Shown: in pieces, positions 27,101 through 36,370 of the stretch
Numbering within the stretch: the stretch's first letter is position 1
Layout: every line of letters begins with the position of its first letter
Assembly (NCBI RefSeq): GCF_009834535.1
Contig: NC_045696.1
Location: forward strand, 57,538,001-57,602,000
DNA length: 64,000 bases
Direction of reading: 5' to 3'
Source: Camelus ferus
Taxonomy: Eukaryota
Position numbers and translations under genes: made by a program
Notes under the pieces: model-generated
Database searches by the model: none
Told to the model about the DNA's origin: nothing
What the model saw: only the letters and a program-made list of their open reading frames with translations

Positions 27101-27470
27101 AAGGAAATAGGCATATGTAAGTGGCAGTAGAGTCCATGTTGGGCCAACGTGAGGAGAGGCCAGTGAGTCCCATTTTCTCCTACCAAACCTCTTCCTAAAC
27201 TGGTGGCCTTGGGTCTCTGTCCCCAGTCTTCGTCCTATGAAGATATCTTTAGTGTCAGGTTCCCCATATTCTTCTATGTATTTCTTCCTGCAGTGGGCCG
27301 AATTCATTTTGTTTTCCTGCCTCCTGCTGGTGGTCTGCTTGATCTTCTCCATCATGGGCTACTACTATGTTCCTATAAAGCCAGAGGATATTCAGGGCTC
27401 AGCAGATAAGCAGATTCCTCATATCCAAGGGGACATGATCAACCTGGAGACCAAGAAGACAAAGCTCTAA
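104..27470 (+). CDS. SLC15A2: Solute carrier family 15 member 2 (PEPT2, H+/oligopeptide cotransporter), coding exons 2-22; 5'-partial
   Basis: 21 GT-AG-bounded exons sum to 2085 nt (694 aa + stop) with consistent phases. POT-family motifs are present: ExxERFxYY ([11 protein letters not shown]), [17 protein letters not shown]-terminus is ETKKTKL. Adding a 105-nt exon 1 gives the 729 aa recalled for PEPT2. Confidence 0.98.
762..903 (+). CDS. SLC15A2: SLC15A2 exon 3
   Basis: poly-T tract, ttcag|CTGTG...TTCAA|gtaaga; [12 protein letters not shown]...IADSWLGKF. Confidence 0.96.
2262..3472 (+). mobile_element. L2 LINE remnant
   Basis: L2-like body ending in the L2 3' terminus agcacctagaacagtgcctggtacatagcagg...aataagtgtttcagttaataaat. 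Confidence 0.7.
4710..4820 (+). mobile_element. tRNA-derived SINE, camelid vic-1 type
   Basis: gggtatagctcagtggtag (A box)...ggttcaa (B box)...cccagtacctcc, then poly-A; TSD ttgttcatgata at 4698-4709 and 4822-4833. Confidence 0.9.
5182..5227. repeat. Perfect 23-bp tandem duplication
   Basis: acttctctcattcatttagtcca x2. Confidence 0.95.
6561..6653 (+). CDS. SLC15A2: SLC15A2 exon 4
   Basis: aacag|GACAATC...CACAC|gtgagt; [30 protein letters not shown]. Confidence 0.96.
7805..7904 (+). CDS. SLC15A2: SLC15A2 exon 5
   Basis: ttcag|AGTCC...AAACAT|gtaaga; [33 protein letters not shown]. Confidence 0.96.
7990..8400 (+). mobile_element. CR1/L3 LINE remnant
   Basis: tagtcagatcatatctgagaagttgtgttca...tatgaagaaaggttgatagaaatggatatatttaacctgga resembles the L3 ORF2 3' region. 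Confidence 0.6.
9726..9816 (+). CDS. SLC15A2: SLC15A2 exon 6
   Basis: ttcag|GCAGAG...TGAGAG|gttagg; [30 protein letters not shown]. Confidence 0.96.
10073..10150 (+). CDS. SLC15A2: SLC15A2 exon 7
   Basis: tttag|GAGAT...CTCTTG|gtaagt; [25 protein letters not shown]. Confidence 0.96.
11370..13050 (-). mobile_element. L2 LINE remnant
   Basis: Starts with the antisense L2 tail (cattaattcattcagcaaacatttg...tgtgtcagattctgtactagg); purine-rich L2 body follows. Confidence 0.7.
12020..12108. mobile_element. Short hAT-type MITE fragment interrupting L2 (family uncertain)
   Basis: cccttcaattttgtgctcaaggtgagtgcctcactaagctcaccctagttggccctg ends in a CCCTG hAT-like terminus. Confidence 0.45.
14053..14154 (-). 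mobile_element. vic-1-type SINE inserted into a MIR
   Basis: Reverse complement of the same SINE body; degenerate TSD aagagcgtagattttt / aagagcatcgattttt; the flanks rejoin into a MIR (gtggttaagagc...gactcagact...ctagctgtga). Confidence 0.88.
14892..14974 (+). CDS. SLC15A2: SLC15A2 exon 8
   Basis: tgcag|TTGTG...ATCTGG|gtaagt; [27 protein letters not shown]. Confidence 0.95.
15396..15482 (+). CDS. SLC15A2: SLC15A2 exon 9
   Basis: cctag|TTTGCT...TACCCA|gtaagt; [29 protein letters not shown]. Confidence 0.95.
15647..15736 (+). CDS. SLC15A2: SLC15A2 exon 10
   Basis: tgtag|AAGCAG...CAGCAG|gtaaga; [30 protein letters not shown]. Confidence 0.96.
15829..15873 (+). CDS. SLC15A2: SLC15A2 exon 11
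   Basis: cctag|GGCTCA...AATTTG|gtgagt; [15 protein letters not shown]. Confidence 0.95.
16121..16227 (-). mobile_element. vic-1-type SINE
   Basis: ggggattgaacccaggacctcgtgcatgctagg...accactgagctataccc preceded by a (TTTA)n tail. Confidence 0.88.
17068..17100 (+). CDS. SLC15A2: SLC15A2 exon 12
   Basis: ttcag|GGTTTC...ATGCAG|gtagga; [11 protein letters not shown] (33 nt). Confidence 0.94.
17815..17903 (+). CDS. SLC15A2: SLC15A2 exon 13
   Basis: tacag|GTACTA...TTTCAC|gtaagt; [29 protein letters not shown]. Confidence 0.96.
19039..19120 (+). CDS. SLC15A2: SLC15A2 exon 14
   Basis: tacag|ATCGC...ATTAAT|gtgagt; [27 protein letters not shown]. Confidence 0.96.
19698..19832 (+). CDS. SLC15A2: SLC15A2 exon 15 (start of extracellular domain)
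   Basis: ctaag|GAAATG...TTTCAG|gtgatg; [28 protein letters not shown]... Confidence 0.94.
19885..20120 (+). mobile_element. MIR SINE
   Basis: ggagtcagact...tctaccact...gaacaagttattt...cagttttagcatctgtataatgg...tgtaaagtgcttagcatagtatctgg. Confidence 0.7.
20220..20680 (-). mobile_element. Old L1ME 3'-end remnant
   Basis: ccatcacccagagataacca...tttaatggatacaaaatattacattctgtggatatacca...cctagaaatagaattactaagttaaagggta. Confidence 0.65.
20777..20941 (+). CDS. SLC15A2: SLC15A2 exon 16
   Basis: tacag|AAAATG...ATGATG|gtaagt; [19 protein letters not shown]...[17 protein letters not shown]. Confidence 0.95.
21094..21140 (+). CDS. SLC15A2: SLC15A2 exon 17
   Basis: tgtag|GTGAAG...TGTGAG|gttcgg (weak donor); [15 protein letters not shown]. 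Confidence 0.92.
22681..22791 (+). CDS. SLC15A2: SLC15A2 exon 18
   Basis: cttag|GTTTGT...AGGAGA|gtaaga; [13 protein letters not shown]...[12 protein letters not shown]. Confidence 0.95.
23481..23577 (+). CDS. SLC15A2: SLC15A2 exon 19
   Basis: tccag|ATATCC...TCTAAT|gtaagt; [32 protein letters not shown]. Confidence 0.95.
24102..24551 (-). mobile_element. MaLR solo LTR (MLT1B/C-like) inserted in an L1M fragment
   Basis: tgtatgagtttt...gctgccgtaacaaag...ttggattagggcccaccctaatgacctcattttaacttg...ggggacacaactcaacccatacca; flanks rejoin to L1 ccaacc-ttgcattcctgg (L1M about 23870-24100). Confidence 0.85.
26120..26266 (+). CDS. SLC15A2: SLC15A2 exon 20
   Basis: ccaag|AGCACC...TCTCAG|gtaggt; [49 protein letters not shown]. 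Confidence 0.95.
26854..26958 (+). CDS. SLC15A2: SLC15A2 exon 21
   Basis: cccag|GCTCCC...GTACAG|gtatgc; [35 protein letters not shown]. Confidence 0.96.
27294..27470 (+). CDS. SLC15A2: SLC15A2 exon 22 (last coding exon)
   Basis: tgcag|TGGGCC...[31 protein letters not shown]...ETKKTKL*, ends in class-I PDZ-binding motif TKL. Confidence 0.96.
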   Translation, partial: WAEFILFSCLLLVVCLIFSIMGYYYVPIKPEDIQGSADKQIPHIQGDMINLETKKTKL

Positions 27471-28325
27471 TGGCCCCCTGGACTCTGCCTAGACCCCAGT
27501 TCCGGGCTCTGGCCTTGGCCATTACCCATCTTCAACCTTTTTTCACTCCGATGTGGTTAGAAGAGAGAAGTAGAATCATATCTGGGCTGATCTCCTCCAC
27601 TTTTCTCCCATGATAGAGGCATTTCTAGGCCACTTAGACTCCATGTCCCCCCGTCTATCAGTGAACTCAGTAAACCTTGTGTAGTGTTGCTGAAGCTGGC
27701 CTGGTATCTCCAAATGGCCAAGAAAAACACAAATGTCTAACTGAGGTTAGTCCCTGGTTATCAGAAGTATGTGGGAATTGATTTACCTGCCATTCAGAAC
27801 TGGTGACACTACTTTTTGAAGTGCTGATTTAGGGGCAAAATTGCAAGATAACAGAGAAATGGTATTTCAATTTTCTTCATTACCATTGCAAGTGTTCTGT
27901 TTACAAGGACCTCAAGAATTGATATGTCTGGTATGATCTGGCCCAGGGGCTGGCTTGTCAGCTTATCCAGGTTTGATAAGACCTTAGTAAATGCTTCAGT
28001 ACAGATAGTAGGAGACAAAATGACATTTTATTAACACACAGAAGATACATCTTTCTGATAATTACAGTATTTTATCTACTAACCCAAACACCCCCTTTTC
28101 AGTACTGACAGATCTTTGGAAACTAAATTAAAGATAGTAAACATGGTTCTGGAAAACAACAAGTATAAATTGTGCAAGTTCTGATGAGCCATTCTACAGT
28201 GTATAGTCTTCTTAGGGACTATGATGTTTCAGCCCTAGATTACGCCCTCCTGTGGACAATTGTGCAGGAACTAATTATAATTTTCCAACCCTGGCTTTTC
28301 AATGTTGTTGGGCCAGCTTTTTCTT

Positions 28326-28461
28326 TTTTTTCTTTCCTTCTTTTTTTTTTAGAAACTCAAAACCACACATATTTATTCCCTCACCATCCTGGAGGCCACG
28401 AATCTGAAATCATTGTCACTGTGCCCAAATCAAGGGTGGGCAGGACCATACTCCCTCCAGA
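28326..28461 (-). mobile_element. Retroposed, polyadenylated fragment of an MLT1D/E-like LTR with 12-bp TSD
   Basis: TSD cagctttttctt at 28314-28325 and 28462-28473; T-tract 28326-28350; minus-strand AATAAA 28372-28377; body similar to the MLT1 at 24150-24235. Confidence 0.8.
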
Positions 28462-29213
28462 CAGCTTTTTCTTATTATTATATCATCTTGCTTATTGCAA
28501 CAAATATTTAATAACATTATTTTCATGAATACAACTCTTGTTTTTAGTAGTATTCCCTTCAGCCTCAAAGTAGTAGATCTGTTTTGGTAATTTTTACTTT
28601 TCTCATAATTTTAAAATGCCATTTCTTCATTTAGGCCTGGATTTCCCTGTTTATTAAAAAAAAAGTTATATTAATACTCTAGATTTGAGCTTCTAAAATG
28701 TCAATGCTCAATGAGGGTGGGGGGAATGGTCCCATATCAGGATTCTGCCAAAATCTGGGGGTTGAAGGAAGGAGTGGTAGAACACGAGGGGTTTTTGTTT
28801 GTGTTGGCGAGAAAAGTTGAGAAGTACTACCTTGCAAACAATGAATGAATCAGTGGACAGATATGGGAATATCATGACTCTACAGTGTATTTCTAGGGAA
28901 AAATATTCTGTCCTAGACAGTCTCATTTCCATTGGTTTTGCTCCATTATTCTCATCTAGAACTGTGTTGAGTCAGTCTCCCATTGTAAACGTAATGAGAA
29001 AAGTTGCTCCAGTTTCCCAAGCTTTAATACTTTAGTTTTAGTTACCAAGTTTTCAGAAGTACTGAAGTGGCAGCACCACCATCCTTTTTCCACAGATATC
29101 TTGATGTGAACTTGACCATACTTCTTTAGAAGATATTCTATTCATTTTTGAGCAGCTTTAACTCAATCCATTCTGTGAACTATTGTTTCAAGAGATCTTA
29201 ACAGTGTTCTGTG

Positions 29214-29219
29214 AATAAA
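29214..29219 (+). terminator. Candidate SLC15A2 polyadenylation signal
   Basis: First AATAAA I found after the stop codon; ATTAAA variants occur earlier at 28127 and 28653. Site usage is not demonstrable from sequence. Confidence 0.35.
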
Positions 29220-29379
29220 AGTTTCTATGGATAAATGAATTTTGGGAATGAAGCATATTATATCCTCTTCTTAACATTTGCATATTAAAGATTCTGAGAA
29301 ATCCTGCAGTAAAGACACTTTGTTTCGCCTAATATGGCACATGTTCTGCAGAATACTGGCTTGGGAAAAACTGGTACAC

Positions 29380-29850
29380 AATTCTTTATGTTGAACTAAA
29401 AGCTTCCTCTTTGAAATCTACCGTTGCTTCTTTCCTTCATGGCTAACAAGAATAAGCATAAACCCCTCTTTTATGTAGCAGACTTTTTGCTATTTGGGGA
29501 GAATTTTCATGTCACCTCCCCAGTCGAGTCAGTATTCATCAAGCTAAAGATTCTCAGTTCCTTTCATGGCCCCTCACAGGGCATATTCTAGTCTTTTGAC
29601 CACTCTTTTTTTACCTCTTCTGAAAAATACCCTTTGCCTGAACTGCAAGCGTGGGTCAGAATCTCTCTTAATATGTGGTATCTGGAGCCAGATATGTACA
29701 ACATTCCAGAAATGATCAGACCAGAAGAACTAGAACCTGCCTGTCTCCAAACAATGCACTTCTGTTAATGCAGCGTTAGGTAACTTTAGATGTTTTTGGC
29801 AACTACATCACAGTGAAGGCTTACATTTTAATCATATGGTTGGCTAAAAC
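29380..29850 (-). mobile_element. CR1/L3 LINE remnant
   Basis: agctaaagattctcagttcctttc...ctcttaatatgtgg...acaacattccagaaatgatcagacca; antisense L3-like. Confidence 0.55.
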
Positions 29851-30009
29851 CTCATTTTTTTAAAGGAGAGTCATATTTTTATTCAAATACATCTTTGTGT
29901 TTCACTATAGGCCATTCATCGAGTTAGATATTGAAAAAACAAAGATGAATAACCTACTATATCTGTGTGCAAATTTACCTCACTAATCTTGACTGACTGT
30001 TAAGATTTT

Positions 30010-30875
30010 AGAGAGTACAAAGGGCTTGAGGAAGTAATGATACACGGAGGAAGAGCAAGAAGGACTAGATGGCAGGACTGGAGTAAGCAAGGTGTGAAGT
30101 GGTGGAGGATGCGGGCAGAGGAAGCCAGGGGCCAGATCATGGGGGGCCTTGTGACAATGGTAAGACATTTTGATGTTATTCTAAGTAAGATGTGAAACCG
30201 TTGGAGGTTTAGACTATAGGAGTGGCATAATCTGGTTCTCTATTTAAGATCACTCTGGCTACTCAGTGGAGAACTGTCTGTAGACAGGAAAGAATGGAAG
30301 CAGGGAATCCAATTGGGAGATGCTTATAATAGTCCAGGAATAAAACGTGATTGTTATTTGGACAAGGTGGTAGCAGTGGAGGTAGGGAGAAGTGGTTTGA
30401 CTTGGAATTTAAGGTAGGACTGACATGATTTGAGTATGGTTTGCATATATGGTTTGAAAGAAATCAATGTTGACCCTTTGATTTGGGGGCTTTAGTAATG
30501 AGAATGATGGTGCAATTTCCTGGGAGCAGAGAGACTAGGGTAAGAATTGGTTTAGAGTGTAAAGTAACTAAGAGTTTTGTGCATGTTGCCAATAAGGTAT
30601 CCAATTAGAAATGTTGAGCTGGCAGTTTTATGAGTCTGAAGTTCAGATATGAGGCTGAAGCTGGACATGTAAATTTGAGAGTCATCAGCATTTAAATGGT
30701 ATTTAAAGCCATGACACTGGAGGAGATGTTCTAGGAAGTGAATGTATGCAGAGAAGAGGTTCAAGGACTAGTCCTGGGGTTTTCCAACATTAAAAATCTG
30801 TAAGAGGAAGAAGATCCAGAAAAGGTGATGAGAATGGGTGATTTATGAAGTAAGAGGAAAACCAGGAGCATGTGA
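30010..30875 (-). mobile_element. L2 LINE remnant
   Basis: gccaggggccagatcatggggggccttgtg...aagatcactctggct...tttgagagtcatcagcat; typical antisense L2. Confidence 0.75.
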
Positions 30876-31859
30876 TTTAATTATACATTCTTTATTACAA
30901 TTAGACAAAACTAAAATGGAAAAAAAAATTCTTTGACCTAAAGGAAGCACATGTTCCTATTAGGAAACCTGGGTTCTGGTAATTCCTATGTAAGTTCTGC
31001 CCAAATCCTTTTGCCTCCACAATTTAATTTAATTTAATGGACCTTTTTTTTTTTTTTTTTTAAACCTGAAAGGCATATCAGAAGCTATGGGAGAAATAAA
31101 TGGGTATGAATAAAAAGAGTCCCCTACTCTTAAGAAGTCTGCAGAAGGAAGATAAGGCATGTACCTCAATAACTATCATCTAAATAAAAATGAGCGTAAT
31201 TGTTTAGCATCTTACTTTTCACATGCATTGTTTCAGACTTTCTCTGATTCTCGAAACATATCAAGCTTGAACCTGCCTTAGGATCTTCGCATTGTGTGGA
31301 AAGTTCTTCCCCAGATCTTGGCTGGCATTTTCTGTCACTCAGTTCTTAATATGTCACCTCTACATCACCTGACCTTTCAATTTGAGATAGTCATCTAGCA
31401 TATCATGTATAAATATGAATTTCTGAGGACACAAGAGTTAGTTCAGTCAGCAAATATCTATTGAGCTCTTGCTATGTTCCCAATGTGCTATATGCATGAA
31501 AGACGTAAAAATAAATGTAACACAGTTCTTGCCATCAATGAACACATAACTTCTCAGTTTTCAGATTTTTTTCTTCAAAAACTTTATGTCTTCCTAATTG
31601 TAGTATCTGACTCTCAGTCTTATTCTGGCTTATCTTCTGCAATCACTTTTGGCATCTTCCACATCCATAGACATAAACATTAATATCAAGGTTCACAATT
31701 CTTTAACCCCTTTTTAATGCCAATGATCTCCATTTTATCTAGGTGAGGTCTTTTCTGATGCACTACTGGGATACACATGATTGCTCCAGTCTCTCAACCT
31801 AACTAGTGGTCTGTGTGTTATTTTGTAGAAGATAGTTATCATTTTCTATGTTGTAGCAC

Positions 31860-33790
31860 AGGTATGTTGTGTTGTTTTATTTCCTCTGCTCAGCTGCAGG
31901 ATCCTGTGAGTTGCATTTTTATCAGTTTAAAATACTTTCTAATTTCCTTTGTGATTTCTTCTTTAACGTATGGGTTATTTATAAGTATTGCTTAATTTTC
32001 ATACATTTCAAGATAGTCTAAATTATCCTTTCATTATCGATGTCTACCTTAATTCCACTGGAGTCAGAGAATATATTCTGAATGAAATGAAATTGGTTGA
32101 GGCTTGTATAAAGGCCAGTATATGATCCAGTTCGGTTTTGGTAAACAGTACATGTACACCTGAAAAAATACACATTCTGTCCTGTCAGATGCTATACTCT
32201 ACAAATATCAGAGCAATTGTCTCTGCTGTGATTGTAGATTTGTCTACTTTTAATTTTGTTTTATATATTTTGAAGCTATGTTGTATTACATGTGGATTTA
32301 TAATTATTATATTATTTACAGTGAATTGGTTATTTTATTATTATGTCATGTCCTTCTTTATCTCTGCTAAAGCTTCTTGCCTTAAAATCCACCCTGTCTG
32401 ATACTAATATAGTTAAATCAGTTTTCTTTTGGTTAACATTTGCATGGGATATTTTTTCCCATCCTTTTACCTTCTATCTTTCTTTGGCTTTATATTTAAC
32501 ATGTGTCTCTTATAGGTACCATATGCTTTAAAAAAAAATCCAATCTAAGTCTTTCAGTTGAATATTTAGTCTGTTCATATTTAGTAATATAATTATTGGT
32601 ATATTTAGATTTTGTCTTCCATTTTGTTTGTTTTCTGTTTAATTAGCCTGTTTAATATCTCTTTTGCTTTCCTTTTCTGCCTCCTTTTTGAGTTATCAAA
32701 TATTTTTTGTTCCATTTCCCCTACTATTGGCTTTTTTTTGGTTATGTACATTCTTTTTTAAAAAATGTATTTAGTGATTACCCTTCAGATTATTACATAC
32801 ACCCTGGGCTTCTTATAGTAAATACACATGATTAATTTAACTACTGCCCTGGCAATTCTTGGATTTTAGAGCATTATAATTCCATTTATTCTCTTCTTTT
32901 TGTATTGTTTTTATGGATTTTAATTCTACATATATTTTGGACCCCGCAAAACATTATTACTATCATTGCATATGCTCAATATTCATTTAGATTTATTCAT
33001 GTATTTACTCTTTCTCTTTTCATTCCTTCCTGCATTTCCATGCTTTTATCTGAGATAATTTTCATTCTTCCTGAAGAACTCTTTAGTTTTTCTTTTAGTG
33101 CAATTTCTTTGGGAATGCATTCTCATTTTTTGTTAGTCTGAAAAAAGTATTTCTCCTCTATTCCCCCTATCCCCTGGAGTCATTAATTTCTGGTGTACAG
33201 CATAGTGAGAGACATATATATATATATATCTTTTTCATATTCTTTTCCATTATATGCTATTACAAGGTATTGAATATAGCTCCCTGTGCTATACAGTGGG
33301 ACCTTGCTCTTTATCTGTTTTATATATAGTAGTTAGTATCTGCAGATCTGCAGATCCTCTATTATTGAAGAATATTTTTGCTGTATGTATTTTGAGGGCC
33401 TACATTTCCAGATTAGTGGTTATTTTCTTTTACATCTTATATTCCAACTTCCATCATCGTGTTAAAAAGTCAACATCAAATCAACTTAAATTGAAGGTAG
33501 TATTTTTCACCTCCTAGCTGCTATAAAATTTATCCTTTGATCTTGGTTTTTATTCTTGTTACCATGATGTACCAAGACGTGCTCTTCTTTATGCTCAACC
33601 TGCCTGGGGTTTGCAGGTCACCATGAATCAGGGGCTTGATATCTTTCATCAGTTTTGGAAAAATTTTAGCCATTATCTCTTTGACTATTGATTCTGTCTT
33701 ATTTCTCTTTCTCTCTTTCCATTCCTTCTTTCTCCCCCTCTCCTTCCCTTCCTGTCTCTTTCTCTCTCCTTCTGGGACTTTGACCTTGTG
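31860..33790 (-). mobile_element. Old L1M (L1MC/ME-like) remnant
   Basis: T-rich degenerate L1 antisense tracts (ttctaatttcctttgtgatttcttcttt; ccctgtctgatactaatatag; cagttttggaaaattttagccattatctct). Confidence 0.7.
33163..33354 (-). mobile_element. Short young L1 3'UTR fragment inside an old L1M
   Basis: Reverse complement resembles 46540-46695; flanked by tcctctatt at 33154-33162 and 33355-33363. Confidence 0.75.
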
Positions 33791-35392
33791 AACACCGCTG
33801 TGGTGGGGGAATCAGAATGCTGTCGTTGGTTGACAGATGAACGTTCAACTCCCGGCTCAGACCCACAGAAACTATAATGGGGGAGATAGTTTTTCCATTG
33901 GTGTTTGGCTGAAGTAGGATTGGTAGTAGAAGAAAAAAAAGTTTTCTATTCTGCTATACTGCTCTTTTTCTGGTGGTTCTTTGGCTAAGGAGGACAGCCA
34001 TTATGGAGGACTTTTTCGGTTGCACCTATTGGTGGTTCCAGTTCGTAGGCTTCTCTACATCCTGTCTGAGATACATAGGCAACAAAAAGAAACCTAGGAA
34101 TTCCTGTGAGTCTGCTTTCTAGAAATCTAAGCACAATGTGTTTGTTTTGTTGACCTTTTCTTTTTTCCACAGACTATAGTACAGGTCTTCACAAGGGTAA
34201 GATTAACGCTTCATATGGCATCTGGGGAGGATTTATAAGGTCCTGTATGGTCCCTGAGAAATTACACGTCCTGTATGGTGGCACACAGACTGTGCTGCAA
34301 TGTGCAGCTTGAGGAGTGGCCTCCTTTCTAGGCTGCGCCATAACAGACAACGCCAGCGCAATTCTCCTTTAACATGCCTGTTTTCTGCTTTGTTCTGGTG
34401 CCTCTGAGACACTAGGATCTCTAAAAGAAGTGGATTTCATTTTAACTAAAGGTAAGCTCCTTATTGCTCTGGTTGGAGAGAGAGCTTTGTATTGTTACTA
34501 GAAAAACCACGGAGCCTGGAATGACAAACTCTAGTCTGAATCTCTATTTACTACTGTGGGTCTTTTTGCAAAGTTTCTTAGTCTCTCTGAGACTAGAGTA
34601 GAGGGTGATAATAAGTGTTAATAGAGTTTCTCAGAGAATAAAATATGTGCAAAGCTTTGGGGATACAGTAGGGACTCCATAAATACTACAATCTACTATG
34701 TTAAGCTTTAACGCGTAGGAAAGGAAGTTCAGATCTTCAGTAAATTAGAACTTTATTGTTGTAAATCTACCCTTACCTAACTCCAACTATAATCTTTACA
34801 GTATTCAATTACAGAAACTCAAAAGGAGGCAGAATACTAATAATGAAGCACAGCAGGCTGTCAGCCATGGTATTAAATTCCCTAAAGACAAGGATTGTAT
34901 CATATTTCTTTCACATCCTCCACAGGATCCTCCCAGCCCAAACCTCTCTTACAGAACCTCACCAGCCACGACCCAGAGGAAGGGAAGCCCTAGGTATTAA
35001 GTGACTCTGCCATCTTTGGAGATGGGACCAAGGGTGGAACATCAGCCCAAGTAGGGCTCATCAGAATCTCTCAAGAGTTTAGAATTGAGGCAAAGGTTCA
35101 GAGAGCCAGTCAGATGGTGTAGGGCACTCAAACTGAAGGATGCGTAGGTTGTTGGGGGGCTGGGGTGTTGGCAGCATAGCTAGTTTTGTGTAAGCAAAAG
35201 TTACACAGGGGTGAGATTAGAATCATGTAAAAGAAGGTGGTCAGCTGAGAGGACAGATGAGCAAATACAGAGAGAAAAGCTGAAGTATGAAGGCACACAG
35301 CTTGTAAGCGAGACAAAAAGAGCAATAACAGGAAGAGACAAAAACAGACAAGGGAACAGTGAGAAAGAAAAGGGGACAGGCTGTCAGGAACA

Positions 35393-36370
35393 CAGGGGAC
35401 CCAGGAATTGGAACGGTTATCCTAGAAGAATTCAGATGACTCTAGGAATCTGTTAACTGCAAACACTGAGAGCCTCTGTTGCCAGCAGAGCAGCCCCTTC
35501 ACTCCTGATTGATGGTGATCCCGCCTTGCTTGAAGACCCTGTAATGACCCTACTTGAGGTAATTACCGGGCAAGTGAGTGCCAGTTCTCTTCACGCCCTA
35601 CCCAACTCCCCTTTGTTGCCGCCACATCTGCGGCCAGAGGAAGATCCTGAAATGCCTGTGGGACCAATTACCAAGTCAAATTTGGGAGCAAAAGGCTTGC
35701 ATGATAAACGAGTTACAAAACTGCACTAATGTTTATCAGCAAAAACCTGGAGGAAAGTATATGGAACCAAATTATGAAGTTACTACACCAGAAATGGAGG
35801 AAAATCATTTCAATTAGGCTGACATTATTACATAGTTGCACTTACCAGAGATTCTGGATTCAGTGTGCTATCACATGCAGTTGGTAGAATTCTAATTATT
35901 TTATCTTTTTGTAGACTGAAAATTGGATTCACTTCTGGCCTATGATGAGTTGAAATACCAGAAATCCCTTATAAAAGAAGGAACAGAAAGACTTAGGGAG
36001 ATGACAATGTCAAAGTGGACTTGTTATGTATTAGCCACTCAAGCCATCCCAGTTTGAGGACACAGCTGTCAGAAGAACATTGAGAAATGCATTAATGAAG
36101 GTAGTACCAACATATTTGAAAAGCACCACAGTGGCTGTCTTCTGTAGGTCAGAGATGAAGGTGGAAAATACTGATATTGAAATAGGTTCTATTATTTCAA
36201 TAAGGATGATGACATCTTGGGTTGGCAGAGATAAGTAGCACCAAATTACCAGAGACAACTTGGGCTGGTTACTTTAATAAGAAGGACTGGTGTGGGTAAT
36301 CATAATGTTTGACCCACAGGAATATTTGGCACTGAATAATTGATCATAAGGTCCCTAGCACTGAAATTAG
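35393..36370 (+). mobile_element. ERVL/MaLR internal remnant, gag-like part
   Basis: gggacccaggaattggaac..., gacttagggagatg..., tgacccacagg...attgatcataaggtccctag resemble ERVL gag in sense orientation. Confidence 0.7.

Noticed and set aside
34240..34279. Direct repeat gtcctgtatggt with a 16-bp spacer as CRISPR-like or functional
   Set aside because: Only two 12-bp copies in mammalian repeat-rich DNA; an ordinary small duplication
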